Below are positions 9,593-19,177 of a stretch of DNA of 64,000 bases, in pieces (the first letter of the stretch is position 1; each line of letters opens with the position of its first letter). The notes beneath the pieces were generated by a model. It worked only from the letters and a program-made list of their open reading frames with translations. It was not told where the DNA came from and did not search any database. This DNA is from Candidatus Micrarchaeota archaeon (GTDB lineage Archaea; Micrarchaeota; Micrarchaeia; Anstonellales; Bilamarchaeaceae). A program made the position numbers and the translations under genes. The DNA lies in contig JBBSVN010000005.1 of NCBI GenBank assembly GCA_038046765.1, forward strand, positions 32,001 through 96,000. The letters are read 5' to 3'.

Positions 9593-11233
9593 ATGACAGA
9601 TCGACTTAAAACTAAAGATCGCATCAAAGACCGAGTGGACAAAATACTTCAAGATGCAAAAAGATCGGCTACTCCTGCTCGAGGCGTAACTGCAATGGTT
9701 CCATTTGGTACTAGAGATCAGTCTTTATCTTCACCTGTTTCTGGTCTAGAAATCGAAGTAACGCATGTTGCAGATATGGTAAGAGAACCCGAAGGGTGTT
9801 CTTTAGGTAAGGTTACAATTGGAATAGAAGGGGGACAAAGAACTTATAATTTACTAAAAATATTAACAAGTTCTGCAAGTCTAAGAGAAACCCCAGATAA
9901 ACCAATAACTTATTTAGCAGAATGCTTAGAGACTGGAGAAAAGGTCGTAGTAAAAAAAGCTCCAATGACTTTTCAGAATCTTAAATTAGAGGAAAGAGGT
10001 TATAAAGTTTTAAAGGAAATTGATAATCCTCATGTTGTAAAAGTATTGATTGATGATGCAAAAGAAGGTTTTTATTATCAAGTTATGCAACTAGTTAGCG
10101 GAAATAATTTAAGACAATTCTTAGAAACTGATCAGCTTACGTTAAATCAGGTAATTGGTTTAGCAAAGCAGATTTCAAAGGGGCTTACTGCAGTCCATGA
10201 TGTAGGCGCAGTACATAGAGATATTCACCCTGGCAATGTAATGATTTATCTAGAAGATGGAAAACTACACGTTGTAATTGTGGATTTTGGTCTTTCATAT
10301 AAGACAAATGGAAGCACACATCATAGCACTGTTATGCGTGCTCCTTTTACACCAAATTATACCGCACCTGAATTGCTTGAGATGGGAGAAGCGACAGTGA
10401 GAAGCGATGTTTATTCTTTTGGAGCAGTACTTTCTTGGATATTTACTGGAATTGAAGGTAGTTTAATAAAAAAGAAAATTGCAGATAAAGAAGAAATTAA
10501 TTTTAGAGTAAATTGTACTTATGCGCAAAAAGAAAGAATTTTATTAATAATACAGAAAGCACTTCATAGCGATGCAAGTAGAAGGTATGAAAGTTCAGAA
10601 GAAATATTGCTGGATTTAAATAACTTAAAACCTTCTGTTACTAATTCAAGCGAAGTTCCAATTATAAAAACAAAAAGAAGATCATTTTTTTCAGAAGTTG
10701 TAAGAGGAACCGCAGCGCTTTTACTAGTCTTCGCGGGGGTAAATTTTTTAGATAAAGTTACCCCACCAGATTTTATAAGAAGAACTGGTGAAGTGGTTGC
10801 TTCAAAAATTGATAATTTAGCTAATACGGAAGAAAATAAGAAAATGACAGATGATGAAAGACAAGAAATTTTACTTGAAGCAATAGTTGCTGGAGACATA
10901 AAAAAATTACGCCAAAATCTTGCTTTTATCCAAGATATTAATCAGCCGCTGTTACACGCGGATTATGGCTCCAAATTAATGATTCCAATTTCTTTATTTG
11001 ATTATGCTCTAACTGGGGCACCTATTGAAAAGAGATTAGAAATACTAGAAATTCTTCTAGCTCATGGAGCAAATCCAGATTTAAAGGACTCATTTCACAC
11101 AAATATTCTAACTTTATTCCGCAAACAAATTGAAGTTTTAAGGTCTCAAGAAGGCAATCTCAAAACTTCGCAAGAAATAAAATACATAAAAGCTATAATC
11201 GTCTTCCTTAAAAAATACGGGGCTAAAGAATAA
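9593..11233 (+). CDS. Hanks-type Ser/Thr protein kinase with TM segment and C-terminal ankyrin-like repeats
   Basis: VVVKK, HRDIHPGN, DFG, YTAPE, SDVYSFG; hydrophobic stretch; LLAHGANPDLKD and LKKYGAK. Confidence 0.88.
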   Translation: MTDRLKTKDRIKDRVDKILQDAKRSATPARGVTAMVPFGTRDQSLSSPVSGLEIEVTHVADMVREPEGCSLGKVTIGIEGGQRTYNLLKILTSSASLRETPDKPITYLAECLETGEKVVVKKAPMTFQNLKLEERGYKVLKEIDNPHVVKVLIDDAKEGFYYQVMQLVSGNNLRQFLETDQLTLNQVIGLAKQISKGLTAVHDVGAVHRDIHPGNVMIYLEDGKLHVVIVDFGLSYKTNGSTHHSTVMRAPFTPNYTAPELLEMGEATVRSDVYSFGAVLSWIFTGIEGSLIKKKIADKEEINFRVNCTYAQKERILLIIQKALHSDASRRYESSEEILLDLNNLKPSVTNSSEVPIIKTKRRSFFSEVVRGTAALLLVFAGVNFLDKVTPPDFIRRTGEVVASKIDNLANTEENKKMTDDERQEILLEAIVAGDIKKLRQNLAFIQDINQPLLHADYGSKLMIPISLFDYALTGAPIEKRLEILEILLAHGANPDLKDSFHTNILTLFRKQIEVLRSQEGNLKTSQEIKYIKAIIVFLKKYGAKE

Positions 11234-11251
11234 AAAATTAAAATAAAAAAT

Positions 11252-13129
11252 TTAATTAAATATCGGCCTTCTACTTAATTCCGTTTCAAGCGAAAGTTTT
11301 TCAAATGGCTTTCCAGTTGTGTGCTTGTGAATTTCACTAACTAGTTCTTCAACAGCGTATTCTTTCTTTTCGCCAGTTGCCCTGACAGTTACAGCCAATT
11401 TACCTGATTCGATTTCCTTATCTCCAATAACTGCAATGTACGGGCTCCATTCCTTTTCTGCATCACGAATCTTTTTACCTAAAGTTTCGCTTCGGTCATC
11501 GCAATCAACACGAACACGTTGCAACTTTAAATCATTGGTTAGTTTCATCGCGTAATCCTTATGTTTATCGCTAACAGGAATAATTCTAAGTTGCGTTGGA
11601 GACAACCAAAGAGGGAACATTGCTTTTCTTCCCTGTTTCATTTCCATTGCCTGTTTTTCTAAAAGTGCATAAACAACTCTTTCAACAGCACCAGGAATTG
11701 AAGTGTGCAATATTGGACCTCTTTTCTTTTCTCCCTTTTCATCAATGTAATTCACATCAAATCGTTCGCAGTTTTCAACATCGATTTGTACTGTGCTCAT
11801 ACCGCTAGCTTTACCAGCGTTATCGATAAAGTTCATTTCAAATTTAGTTATGAAATATGCATATCTTTCTTGATAAAGTTCGATTAACATTGGCCGGTTT
11901 CTTTTTTTGAGCATTGCCATGTACCAATCCTTATTTTCATTAAAGAAATCAGTTTGTGCCCTGAATGCTAGTTCGTAATCAAGTCCAAGATCCTCATTCC
12001 ATGCTCTACATAATTCGTATTGATTAGAAAATTCTAATTTTGCCTGGTCTAAATCAGCGCAAAGTGTGTGCATATCTGGCATGCTAAATGCTCGCAATCT
12101 TTTAAGTCCAGCGAGTTCGCCACCTTGTTCGCGTCTAAATGAATAGTGGGTTAATTCATAAATCCTAAAAGGTAGATTTTTGTAGGTAATTACTGCGTCA
12201 TGTGCGCAGAGGAACTGACCGAAACAGGCACTAAATCTCAAGAAAAACTGCTTGTTATCGCTCTTTAAAGTATATTGACGTGCTGGGAATCGGTTCAAAT
12301 AACTCTTTAGCGCAGGGTGTTCAAAGTCATACATTATAGGGGTTTCAACTTGATGCGCTCCGTAATCAACTGAAATATCAGTTACGTGCTTTTCGATTAG
12401 TCTTTTTATTAAAAGTCCTTTTGGAAGCCATCTGAAATTACCCGAATCGCTTGCTGGTTCATAATTAACTAATGAATGTTCTTTCATTAATTTGATGTGT
12501 GGGGGTTCCTCCGAATATGCCCGGACTTTTTTTACTTCATAATCAACAAATTTCTTTAGGTTTGGATACTTTGCGTAATTGAATTTTTCCGGCTCAATCA
12601 AAGACCCGTCAACATCTAAGACATAAACATTGGTTTTCATTTCTGATTCTTGCTTTAAGCTGCTTGAAACTACTTCAGTTTCTTCTTTTATTTTTCCAAC
12701 ATCTCCGTTAGCGCTTAATTCTCTAGAGAGTTCGCTTAATGGGTGTCCTTTAGTTTTTATTGAATAAGCTTTGTACCAGCCAAAAGGTGCATGATCGCAA
12801 GTATATCCTTCTTTTTTTATTTTTTCTTCTGCTTTTTGCAATACCTTTAGTGCTACTCGTGGGGCAGATGGCTTAGAAGTTAAATGAACAAAAGGATAAA
12901 GTAAAATATTCTTTGTTTTTATTTGGTTTGCAACTGCTATGCTTTCTTTAGTTAGTAAATCTGAAACCGCTTCGACATCCTCATCTCCTTTTTCAATCGA
13001 AGTAAAAATTACCAGTACTTCTTCAGCACGCATTTTCTTTTTAGATTCATCAATTACTTCTGCGTCTTCAATTGCTTTAGTTCTTGCTTCAATTTCAATA
13101 TAATCCGAATGTATTGCTAAAATTCTCAT
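11252..13129 (-). CDS. thrS: Threonyl-tRNA synthetase, archaeal type with N-terminal editing domain
   Basis: MRILAIHSD, YPFVHL, APFGWYK, LRFSACFGQF, FRREQGGEL, RLRAFSMPDMH. Confidence 0.97.
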   Translation of the reverse strand: MRILAIHSDYIEIEARTKAIEDAEVIDESKKKMRAEEVLVIFTSIEKGDEDVEAVSDLLTKESIAVANQIKTKNILLYPFVHLTSKPSAPRVALKVLQKAEEKIKKEGYTCDHAPFGWYKAYSIKTKGHPLSELSRELSANGDVGKIKEETEVVSSSLKQESEMKTNVYVLDVDGSLIEPEKFNYAKYPNLKKFVDYEVKKVRAYSEEPPHIKLMKEHSLVNYEPASDSGNFRWLPKGLLIKRLIEKHVTDISVDYGAHQVETPIMYDFEHPALKSYLNRFPARQYTLKSDNKQFFLRFSACFGQFLCAHDAVITYKNLPFRIYELTHYSFRREQGGELAGLKRLRAFSMPDMHTLCADLDQAKLEFSNQYELCRAWNEDLGLDYELAFRAQTDFFNENKDWYMAMLKKRNRPMLIELYQERYAYFITKFEMNFIDNAGKASGMSTVQIDVENCERFDVNYIDEKGEKKRGPILHTSIPGAVERVVYALLEKQAMEMKQGRKAMFPLWLSPTQLRIIPVSDKHKDYAMKLTNDLKLQRVRVDCDDRSETLGKKIRDAEKEWSPYIAVIGDKEIESGKLAVTVRATGEKKEYAVEELVSEIHKHTTGKPFEKLSLETELSRRPIFN

Positions 13130-13157
13130 AGTATTGACACCCTATAAACTAGCTCAC

Positions 13158-13285
13158 TTATACAAAAGCGGCCCTTCTTACTACATACTGGTAGGACGCA
13201 GCACAAATGATTCCTTATCTCGTGATCAGGATTGCCGATCACGATCTGTCCAAAACATTCTGTTTTGTACATGGCTGCGTCAGTA
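13158..13285 (-). ncRNA. Copy B of leader RNA motif (thrS 5' UTR), with extended inner stem
   Basis: TACT-GACGCAGC...GCTGCGTC-CTACCAGTATGTAGTAAGAAG; two extra internal hairpins. Confidence 0.75.
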
Positions 13286-13314
13286 ATAAACGTTAGCTAC
13301 TAATGGTATTAATA

Positions 13315-13531
13315 TTATATCAAAATATCTAAAAACTGCTCTTTTTGTAGATTTCTCCAGACTGTCATTCTTGAAACGTTTAAGATTTGTGCAATGTTTC
13401 TGATTGTCTTTCTTTCTTTGTAGTACAAGTCGCTAACAAATTTACTTTGTTCATCGTTTAGTACGCTTTTTCTCCCTACTCTATTTAGTTTAAGGTTGTG
13501 TTTCTAAACACCCTGCAGATTGTTTTTCCAT
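13315..13531 (-). CDS. Small HTH protein whose start and HTH domain lie in different frames (+1 recoding or pseudogene)
   Basis: GAGGTG RBS + MEKQSAGCLETQP*; +1 frame encodes ...GRKSVLNDEQ...IRNIAQILNVSRMTVWRNL...*. Confidence 0.65.
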
Positions 13532-13742
13532 AACTTTCACCTCAAGGTTTTCATTCTAGCTAAAGCTAAATCCTTAAGGAAAAGAAATTTTGAAAAAAAG
13601 TTATTTATTTTCTTATTAAGGATTTAGTCAAAACTAGGTAATTAGCATGTAGTTGTTTCTGTAACTAAATCCATTCTTATCATTTGTATCAATTTCATTT
13701 GGTTTTAATTTATTTATAAAGGTTTGTCACGAATTAAATCTT

Positions 13743-14777
13743 CTATTGGAGCAAATTCGACCATTCACTTTGATTGATGAAAAGTAAATCGTGCATTTCT
13801 TTGAATTTTCCCTGTTCAAAAGCACACTGCGCAGCTTCTGCAGCTATTTGGGCATTTGGGTCGATATTTGTTAATGGAAAATCCCTATAAATTATTTGCA
13901 CTTGTCCTGTGTCAACATAATTCGAGACTATCATTCTATAGGCTCCTGTATAAAATCTGCTACAAAAAGGAGACTGGAAATCGCAGAATTCTATAATTAA
14001 TATGGGTGCGTTGTAGCTTCCGATATATGGGTCATCATCAACAAATGAACTTGTTTTGATATTAGAATTTACCTTGTTATTTGCCAATTCAGCTTCAATT
14101 GCAGCTTGGAATGCAGAATATGGTTGGGCACCGACTAATGTTTGTGGAGTCCCATCTCTTCTTCCTATCATAAATGAAGGTACACCTTGTATACCTAATG
14201 CTAAACCATCTGAAAAGTCTTTTTGTATTTCATTACTGTATTTTGAAGTATCTAAACAAATATTGAATTTTTGTGTGTCTAAACCGATGCTGGAAGCGTA
14301 TTGTTTTAGTTTGGATTTTACGATATTTGCTGGTGGGGTATTTGGGATTATAGTTGGTGTATTTGGAGCTACAGTTACGTTAGTTTGATTTGCAATTTTT
14401 ATCTCTTCTTTTTGTTTTTCAGTTTTGTTTGGTATCTTATTCTTGACAACTGTACACAACACTTTTTCAGAACTTTCATCAATTAATGTTAAAGCATCTA
14501 CATCTTTGGAAATCATTGTAATCTTATAATAAGCTTTTATTTCAAATGCTCTGCCACAATCTTTCTTGAAATTCTCAATTTCATTACTAAAAGATGTTTC
14601 ATCCAGATATGTTACTGTTATGGTCGAATTTGGATAATTTTCTAAGAATTGTTTTATTTGGGGTTGATTCTTTGCTATTTCTTGATATGCTGCTGCTTTG
14701 TTTGACCCAACGCATCCTCCAATTAAAATAAAAATTCCGATTATAAGAATAAATAAATTTTTCATAGTGTAGACCAT
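13743..14777 (-). CDS. Secreted/lipoprotein DsbA-like thioredoxin-fold protein, permuted domain order
   Basis: Signal with GGC; GVPSF..GAQPYSAF precedes DDDPYIG..IEFCDFQSPFC..YRDFPL. Confidence 0.8.
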   Translation of the reverse strand: MVYTMKNLFILIIGIFILIGGCVGSNKAAAYQEIAKNQPQIKQFLENYPNSTITVTYLDETSFSNEIENFKKDCGRAFEIKAYYKITMISKDVDALTLIDESSEKVLCTVVKNKIPNKTEKQKEEIKIANQTNVTVAPNTPTIIPNTPPANIVKSKLKQYASSIGLDTQKFNICLDTSKYSNEIQKDFSDGLALGIQGVPSFMIGRRDGTPQTLVGAQPYSAFQAAIEAELANNKVNSNIKTSSFVDDDPYIGSYNAPILIIEFCDFQSPFCSRFYTGAYRMIVSNYVDTGQVQIIYRDFPLTNIDPNAQIAAEAAQCAFEQGKFKEMHDLLFINQSEWSNLLQ

Positions 14778-14835
14778 TAATACTTAGTTTCCTAAGTATA
14801 TACTATTAATACTAAAATTTAAATTATAATCGTTC

Positions 14836-15030
14836 ATGGAAACAAAAAGAGAAGTTTTGACTATGAATGTCAAAAAAATTGTACCTTGGGCAACAGGCCT
14901 TGCCTTATTTGTTACTAAAGAAGCAAAAGCACTAAGCTGGACAGATAAGGATCAAGTCATAATAACTGCATTTAGGGATGAAACTGGGGAAGGAATAGAA
15001 ATTAGACGAGCACCAATAAAAAGGAAATAA
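14836..15030 (+). CDS. Small AbrB/MazE-like protein
   Basis: KKIVPWATGLALFVTKEAKALSWTDKDQV pattern resembles swapped-hairpin proteins. Confidence 0.45.
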   Translation: METKREVLTMNVKKIVPWATGLALFVTKEAKALSWTDKDQVIITAFRDETGEGIEIRRAPIKRK

Positions 15031-15105
15031 TTTGTATTTTTGCAATTTTCTATAAAAATGTTCAAAAAGGATACTTTTATAAATTTATGAATTTATATTA
15101 TATTT

Positions 15106-15170
15106 GTGGTTGTAAGTCCTCTGAAAGCTATGAGGCCTCCGTGAGTGAGGGTGGGAGCAAGTAAGTTGGG
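15106..15170 (+). ncRNA. Putative small RNA convergent on DUF3800 gene
   Basis: GC-rich island with two CCTC/GAGG hairpins; TTTATAAA box ~25 nt upstream. Confidence 0.45.
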
Positions 15171-15794
15171 TTACCACATTTTATTAATTATTTTTATCTT
15201 ATTCTTGATTAAATCGTAATACTGCGTATTTTTATGTTCTAACTTATGAAAAAGTGCACCGCAGAAAAAATCAACTGCCTGAAGACTGCATTCTTCATCT
15301 GATTTTTTATGGTCAATGCAAAGATTTTCTTTTAGTTTAAGAGGAGTACGAAACTGCATGATATAATCATCAAAAGAGTTTCTTGCTGATTTGTAAAGTG
15401 ATCTATCAAGAACTATATGCACTTTAGTTGTGTGATTTGTTCCCTCTGTTAATAATACGTGCTCAATTAATCTACCGACAATAAAATTGTAAAGTATTGG
15501 CGGTGTTTCTTTTAGATTACTGTTTTTGGTATTCTGTTTGTCTATAAAATAAGCATAAAATGAAACTTCTGTTCTTGCTAATTGTTCCAATATGAAAGTT
15601 CGCATATCTTCGTCAGTTTTAGAAAACTTGAATTCTGGAATATCACTAAGTTTTTTCTTTAGTTTGTTTCTTGCTTTTTTAAATATTTTTTGCATTTCTT
15701 TTGGTTCATTTAAAGTTAACGCACCGACTATAAAATGTTTTGTCGAGTTTTGTGAAAAACCGAGGTCTCCTGACTCATCTATGAATATAAACAT
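15171..15794 (-). CDS. DUF3800 family protein (RNase H-like)
   Basis: MFIFIDESGDLG, EFKFSK, LQAVDFFCGA. Confidence 0.88.
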   Translation of the reverse strand: MFIFIDESGDLGFSQNSTKHFIVGALTLNEPKEMQKIFKKARNKLKKKLSDIPEFKFSKTDEDMRTFILEQLARTEVSFYAYFIDKQNTKNSNLKETPPILYNFIVGRLIEHVLLTEGTNHTTKVHIVLDRSLYKSARNSFDDYIMQFRTPLKLKENLCIDHKKSDEECSLQAVDFFCGALFHKLEHKNTQYYDLIKNKIKIINKMW

Positions 15795-15835
15795 CGTACT
15801 CGTGCGCTCTTATTTTAGTATTTCTATTATCATCT

Positions 15836-16834
15836 CTAGAACAATAAAATTACAATAACCCCAAACACAACTTCCAAACTAATAAAGAACATCGAAAGGT
15901 CTTTCTCGCTAATCCCGTTAAATGTTTTCATAACTAGCTGTGCAAATCCCCGAACTTTTCCGCCATATGGGTAAAGCTTGCCGTTTTTATATTCGCCCCA
16001 CCATTCACGACTTGGAAACTTGTTCATTGCTTTAATTAAGAAATCTACTGCATAAGGGATCATGAGTATTACTCCTGCCGTTTCAAAGTTTCCTATAATT
16101 ACTCCAGCTGCTAAAACTGCACCGATTGTTAAATTTCCAACATCTCCCGGGAATACTTTTGAGGGATATTTACTATATATAAAGAATCCAATTAGTGCGC
16201 CTAGCATAGATAAAAACAAAACAAGCATTTCGCTTGAACCCTTTTTAAGTGCTAAAATTGACATCGTTGCAAAAATAATTATTCCCATACCCGCTTCCAT
16301 TCCGTTAAAACCAGCTAGCATGTTTGTTAAATTTGACGCTACAGCCATTCCGATAGGGACTAAAAGAAAAAGGTAAATCATCCCTAAATCAATCGAACCT
16401 AAAAACGGAATAGTTACTGCGGTGCTTCCTGCTGCAACTGCTATTAATGGAACTGCGGCAAAAAGAGGTAAAAATGCCTTAAGCCATTGCGGGACATCTA
16501 ATAAATCATCAACCATTCCGATAAACGCGATACTGTGGATTGTAATAAGCGCGGCTAAAACTTCGATCAAATTAAGTTTAAACCCTAAAAATGAATTAAG
16601 AAAAACAGCTAATAAAACTCCTCCTGTAAATCCTGCGACTATTGCGATTCCGCCCATTTCTGCTACTTCTGGCATGTCTGGTTTGTTTATATCTTTGCCA
16701 GTCATCTTAAATCGCTTTAACCTTGGAATTAACAAATAAGTAAATACGTAAGTAACCAGAAATGAAATTACTATAATTCCAAGCGAGCCTAATCCAACCA
16801 TAAACTTAACCTTTGATCTCATTTTTTCTTGCAT
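15836..16834 (-). CDS. UDP-GlcNAc:polyprenol-phosphate GlcNAc-1-P transferase (GT4/MraY-like, AglH-type); start probably near 16801
   Basis: GKDINKP, EMGG, GMVDD, NMLAGFNGME, VFPGDVG. Confidence 0.9.
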   Translation of the reverse strand: MQEKMRSKVKFMVGLGSLGIIVISFLVTYVFTYLLIPRLKRFKMTGKDINKPDMPEVAEMGGIAIVAGFTGGVLLAVFLNSFLGFKLNLIEVLAALITIHSIAFIGMVDDLLDVPQWLKAFLPLFAAVPLIAVAAGSTAVTIPFLGSIDLGMIYLFLLVPIGMAVASNLTNMLAGFNGMEAGMGIIIFATMSILALKKGSSEMLVLFLSMLGALIGFFIYSKYPSKVFPGDVGNLTIGAVLAAGVIIGNFETAGVILMIPYAVDFLIKAMNKFPSREWWGEYKNGKLYPYGGKVRGFAQLVMKTFNGISEKDLSMFFISLEVVFGVIVILLF

Positions 16835-17963
16835 GTAACTTCATATGCCCTTCTTGTATTCCTGTTGTTGATAGGGCGTACATTGCAGCAAAATTATTTG
16901 CTAATCCAGCGCAAGCAATTGCCATAGCTAAATCCTGTGATGATTTTGCACCAAGAATTTTTAATGCTAGTTTAGCAGTTGGTAACGTATTTATTGCTCC
17001 ACCAACTGTTGCAATTGCTAATGGCAATTCGATCGAACCAACTAAATCTCCATACTCATCTTTTTCATAGTGCGTTAGCGATGTGTATCCTTTTCTTTGT
17101 TCTTTAGTTGCGGCATAAGCATGCGCTCCGGCTTCAACTGCGCGCCAGTCATTTCCTGTAGCTAGTACAACTGCATCAATCCCGTTCATTATTCCTTTGT
17201 TATGCGTTGCGCATCGATAAACATCATTTAATGCAAATTCGTAAGCATCTAAGAATTTTTCTATCGTTTCTTCTCCAATAATTTCCTTTTTCCAAACTGC
17301 TTTTGCCCGAACCATTCTTTTTGTTGCTAAGTTACTTAGTATTCTAAGGCGAACTTCGCTTTGGGTGTACTCTGCAATTGTTGGTGAGATTTTTTCTAAA
17401 AATGTATTAATTGTATTTGCACCCATTGCATCTGCAACATTAACATAAAAATAAACAATTATCATTTCTCCCCTGTTCGTTTCTATTAGTTTCATTTTAA
17501 AGTTCTGTACTCCGCCTCCGTACTTAGTTAAAGACTCGGTAAGTTTTTTTGCAAGAACTAATATCTCATCTCGCTTTGCGTTTAGTGTTTCAATCGCTTT
17601 TTTCGGGTTTTTAACATTGACCAGTTGAATCTGGCCGATCATAATCGATGGATCTGCTGATGCAGTAAATCCATCTGGTAAACATAATTTAGCTGCTTTA
17701 CTAGCTCCTGCAATTACGCTTGGTTCCTCAATAGCCATCGGGATGATTTTTTCAGTTCCATTAATCTTAAAGTTCATCGCTAATCCTAGCGGCAAGTGAA
17801 TCGCACCAATTGTATTTTCGATCATGGTGTTCGCAGATTCAAGAGAAAGTGAACCGCTGTTTTTAAGTAAAATTAGTTCGTCATCGCTTAAGCTAAGTTC
17901 TTTCTTTAAAATCGCTAGCCTTTGTTCTAAGGATAGTTTATAGAAACCAGAGAAATTTGACAT
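16806..17963 (-). CDS. mvaA: HMG-CoA reductase, class II
   Basis: IENTIG, EEPSVIA, DAMGAN, ATHNKGIMNG, GNDWRAVEAGAH, GIQEGHMKLH. Confidence 0.95.
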   Translation of the reverse strand: MSNFSGFYKLSLEQRLAILKKELSLSDDELILLKNSGSLSLESANTMIENTIGAIHLPLGLAMNFKINGTEKIIPMAIEEPSVIAGASKAAKLCLPDGFTASADPSIMIGQIQLVNVKNPKKAIETLNAKRDEILVLAKKLTESLTKYGGGVQNFKMKLIETNRGEMIIVYFYVNVADAMGANTINTFLEKISPTIAEYTQSEVRLRILSNLATKRMVRAKAVWKKEIIGEETIEKFLDAYEFALNDVYRCATHNKGIMNGIDAVVLATGNDWRAVEAGAHAYAATKEQRKGYTSLTHYEKDEYGDLVGSIELPLAIATVGGAINTLPTAKLALKILGAKSSQDLAMAIACAGLANNFAAMYALSTTGIQEGHMKLHARKNEIKG

Positions 17964-17995
17964 AAATGATATTTGGATGGATAGTTTTAAAGGAG

Positions 17996-18475
17996 CTACT
18001 TATACCCATCTTCAACCCTGGAAATGGCTTCTTCTATATCCTTAAAAGCAGTAGTTACTTTAGAAATGTAAAATTCCTTTAATATTTCTGAAATTTTGCG
18101 CTCATCCCCGTTACCAAAAAATATCTTTCCTTTTTTACGGTCTATTAAACCCATTTCTTTAAGCTTCAAAATATGGTAATAAACTGCCTTCGGGTAAACT
18201 TTATCTTCTTCAGTTTTTCCTTCATCAAGCTTTGCAATTATTTGTTCGGTTGTTGGCTGTTCCTTTTTAGCGTGAAAATAAAAGAGCGCATCTAGTATTT
18301 CAAGAAGTAATTGCCTTGTTTCATTTGGATAAATTAAACCTAATGATAATGCAATCCATCTAATTAGTGATTTACGTGCTAGTTTTACATCTTCTGGAAG
18401 CGACATTTCCCGAATAATTAATTCGTTTCTAATAAGTTTTGCTTCTGGAATCATTTTTATCAAACTTCTTATCAA
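17996..18475 (-). CDS. Archaeal wHTH-like protein
   Basis: WIALSLGL..ETR, YYHILKLKEMGLIDRK. Confidence 0.65.
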   Translation of the reverse strand: MIRSLIKMIPEAKLIRNELIIREMSLPEDVKLARKSLIRWIALSLGLIYPNETRQLLLEILDALFYFHAKKEQPTTEQIIAKLDEGKTEEDKVYPKAVYYHILKLKEMGLIDRKKGKIFFGNGDERKISEILKEFYISKVTTAFKDIEEAISRVEDGYK

Positions 18476-18505
18476 AGGTAAATTATAAAAAATAACTTGG
18501 TAAAC

Positions 18506-18563
18506 TATCTTTCGATACGATGTTTTTTTTGTTTATTAATCTTTCTATCAATATCGAAAGATA
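18506..18563. promoter_or_regulatory. 12-bp inverted repeat abutting the TATA box of the HTH/NTase pair; likely operator
   Basis: TATCTTTCGATA ... TATCGAAAGATA followed by TTTAAATA. Confidence 0.55.
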
Positions 18564-18592
18564 TTTAAATAAGAAATGCTATTAATAGAATC

Positions 18593-19177
18593 ATGTTATC
18601 TAAGAAAGAAATTATTTATCGTTATCTGCTTGATCAGTACTTTGAGAAAAAACAGTTTAAGTTTACTCAAAGTGAACTAGCTAAATTTTTTCATATTTCC
18701 TTAAGCACAGTAAATAATGCACTTAAGCCATTACGTGCTATGGGAGCAGTAGAAGTTAAATCAAGAAGTTTCAACATGTTGGACTCTAAGAAATTGATTT
18801 TGTACTCTGCAACAATAAGAAAATTTGAAAAAGACATAATCTATTCAACAAGGTATGAAAATTCAGTTTCAGAAATGGAAAAGCTAATGCCTTCTGGTGC
18901 TGTTTTTACTGCTTATAGTGCTTATAGATTCGCATACAAAGATGCTCCTTCGGATTACAGTGAAATTTATGTCTATCTTTCCAAAGAAGAATTAATAGAA
19001 ATAAAAGAACGTTTTCCACCTAAAACTGGGTCTCCAAATTTATTTGTTTTAGAAAAAGATTCTTTTATTAGGAAAAACAAAGTTTCATCTTCCCAAATTT
19101 TCGTAGATTTGTGGAACATTAGAACCTGGTATGCTAAAGAGTATTTAGATGCAGTTGAAAAAAGGTTATTTTTATGA
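18593..19177 (+). CDS. wHTH protein, AbiEi-like antitoxin/regulator
   Basis: FTQSELAKFFHISLSTVNNAL HTH; overlaps downstream NTase gene. Confidence 0.65.
   Translation: MLSKKEIIYRYLLDQYFEKKQFKFTQSELAKFFHISLSTVNNALKPLRAMGAVEVKSRSFNMLDSKKLILYSATIRKFEKDIIYSTRYENSVSEMEKLMPSGAVFTAYSAYRFAYKDAPSDYSEIYVYLSKEELIEIKERFPPKTGSPNLFVLEKDSFIRKNKVSSSQIFVDLWNIRTWYAKEYLDAVEKRLFL

Noticed and set aside
13130..13290. T-box riboswitch upstream of thrS
   Set aside because: No T-box consensus (UGGNACC) or specifier stem; the element instead matches the tRNA-leader motif.
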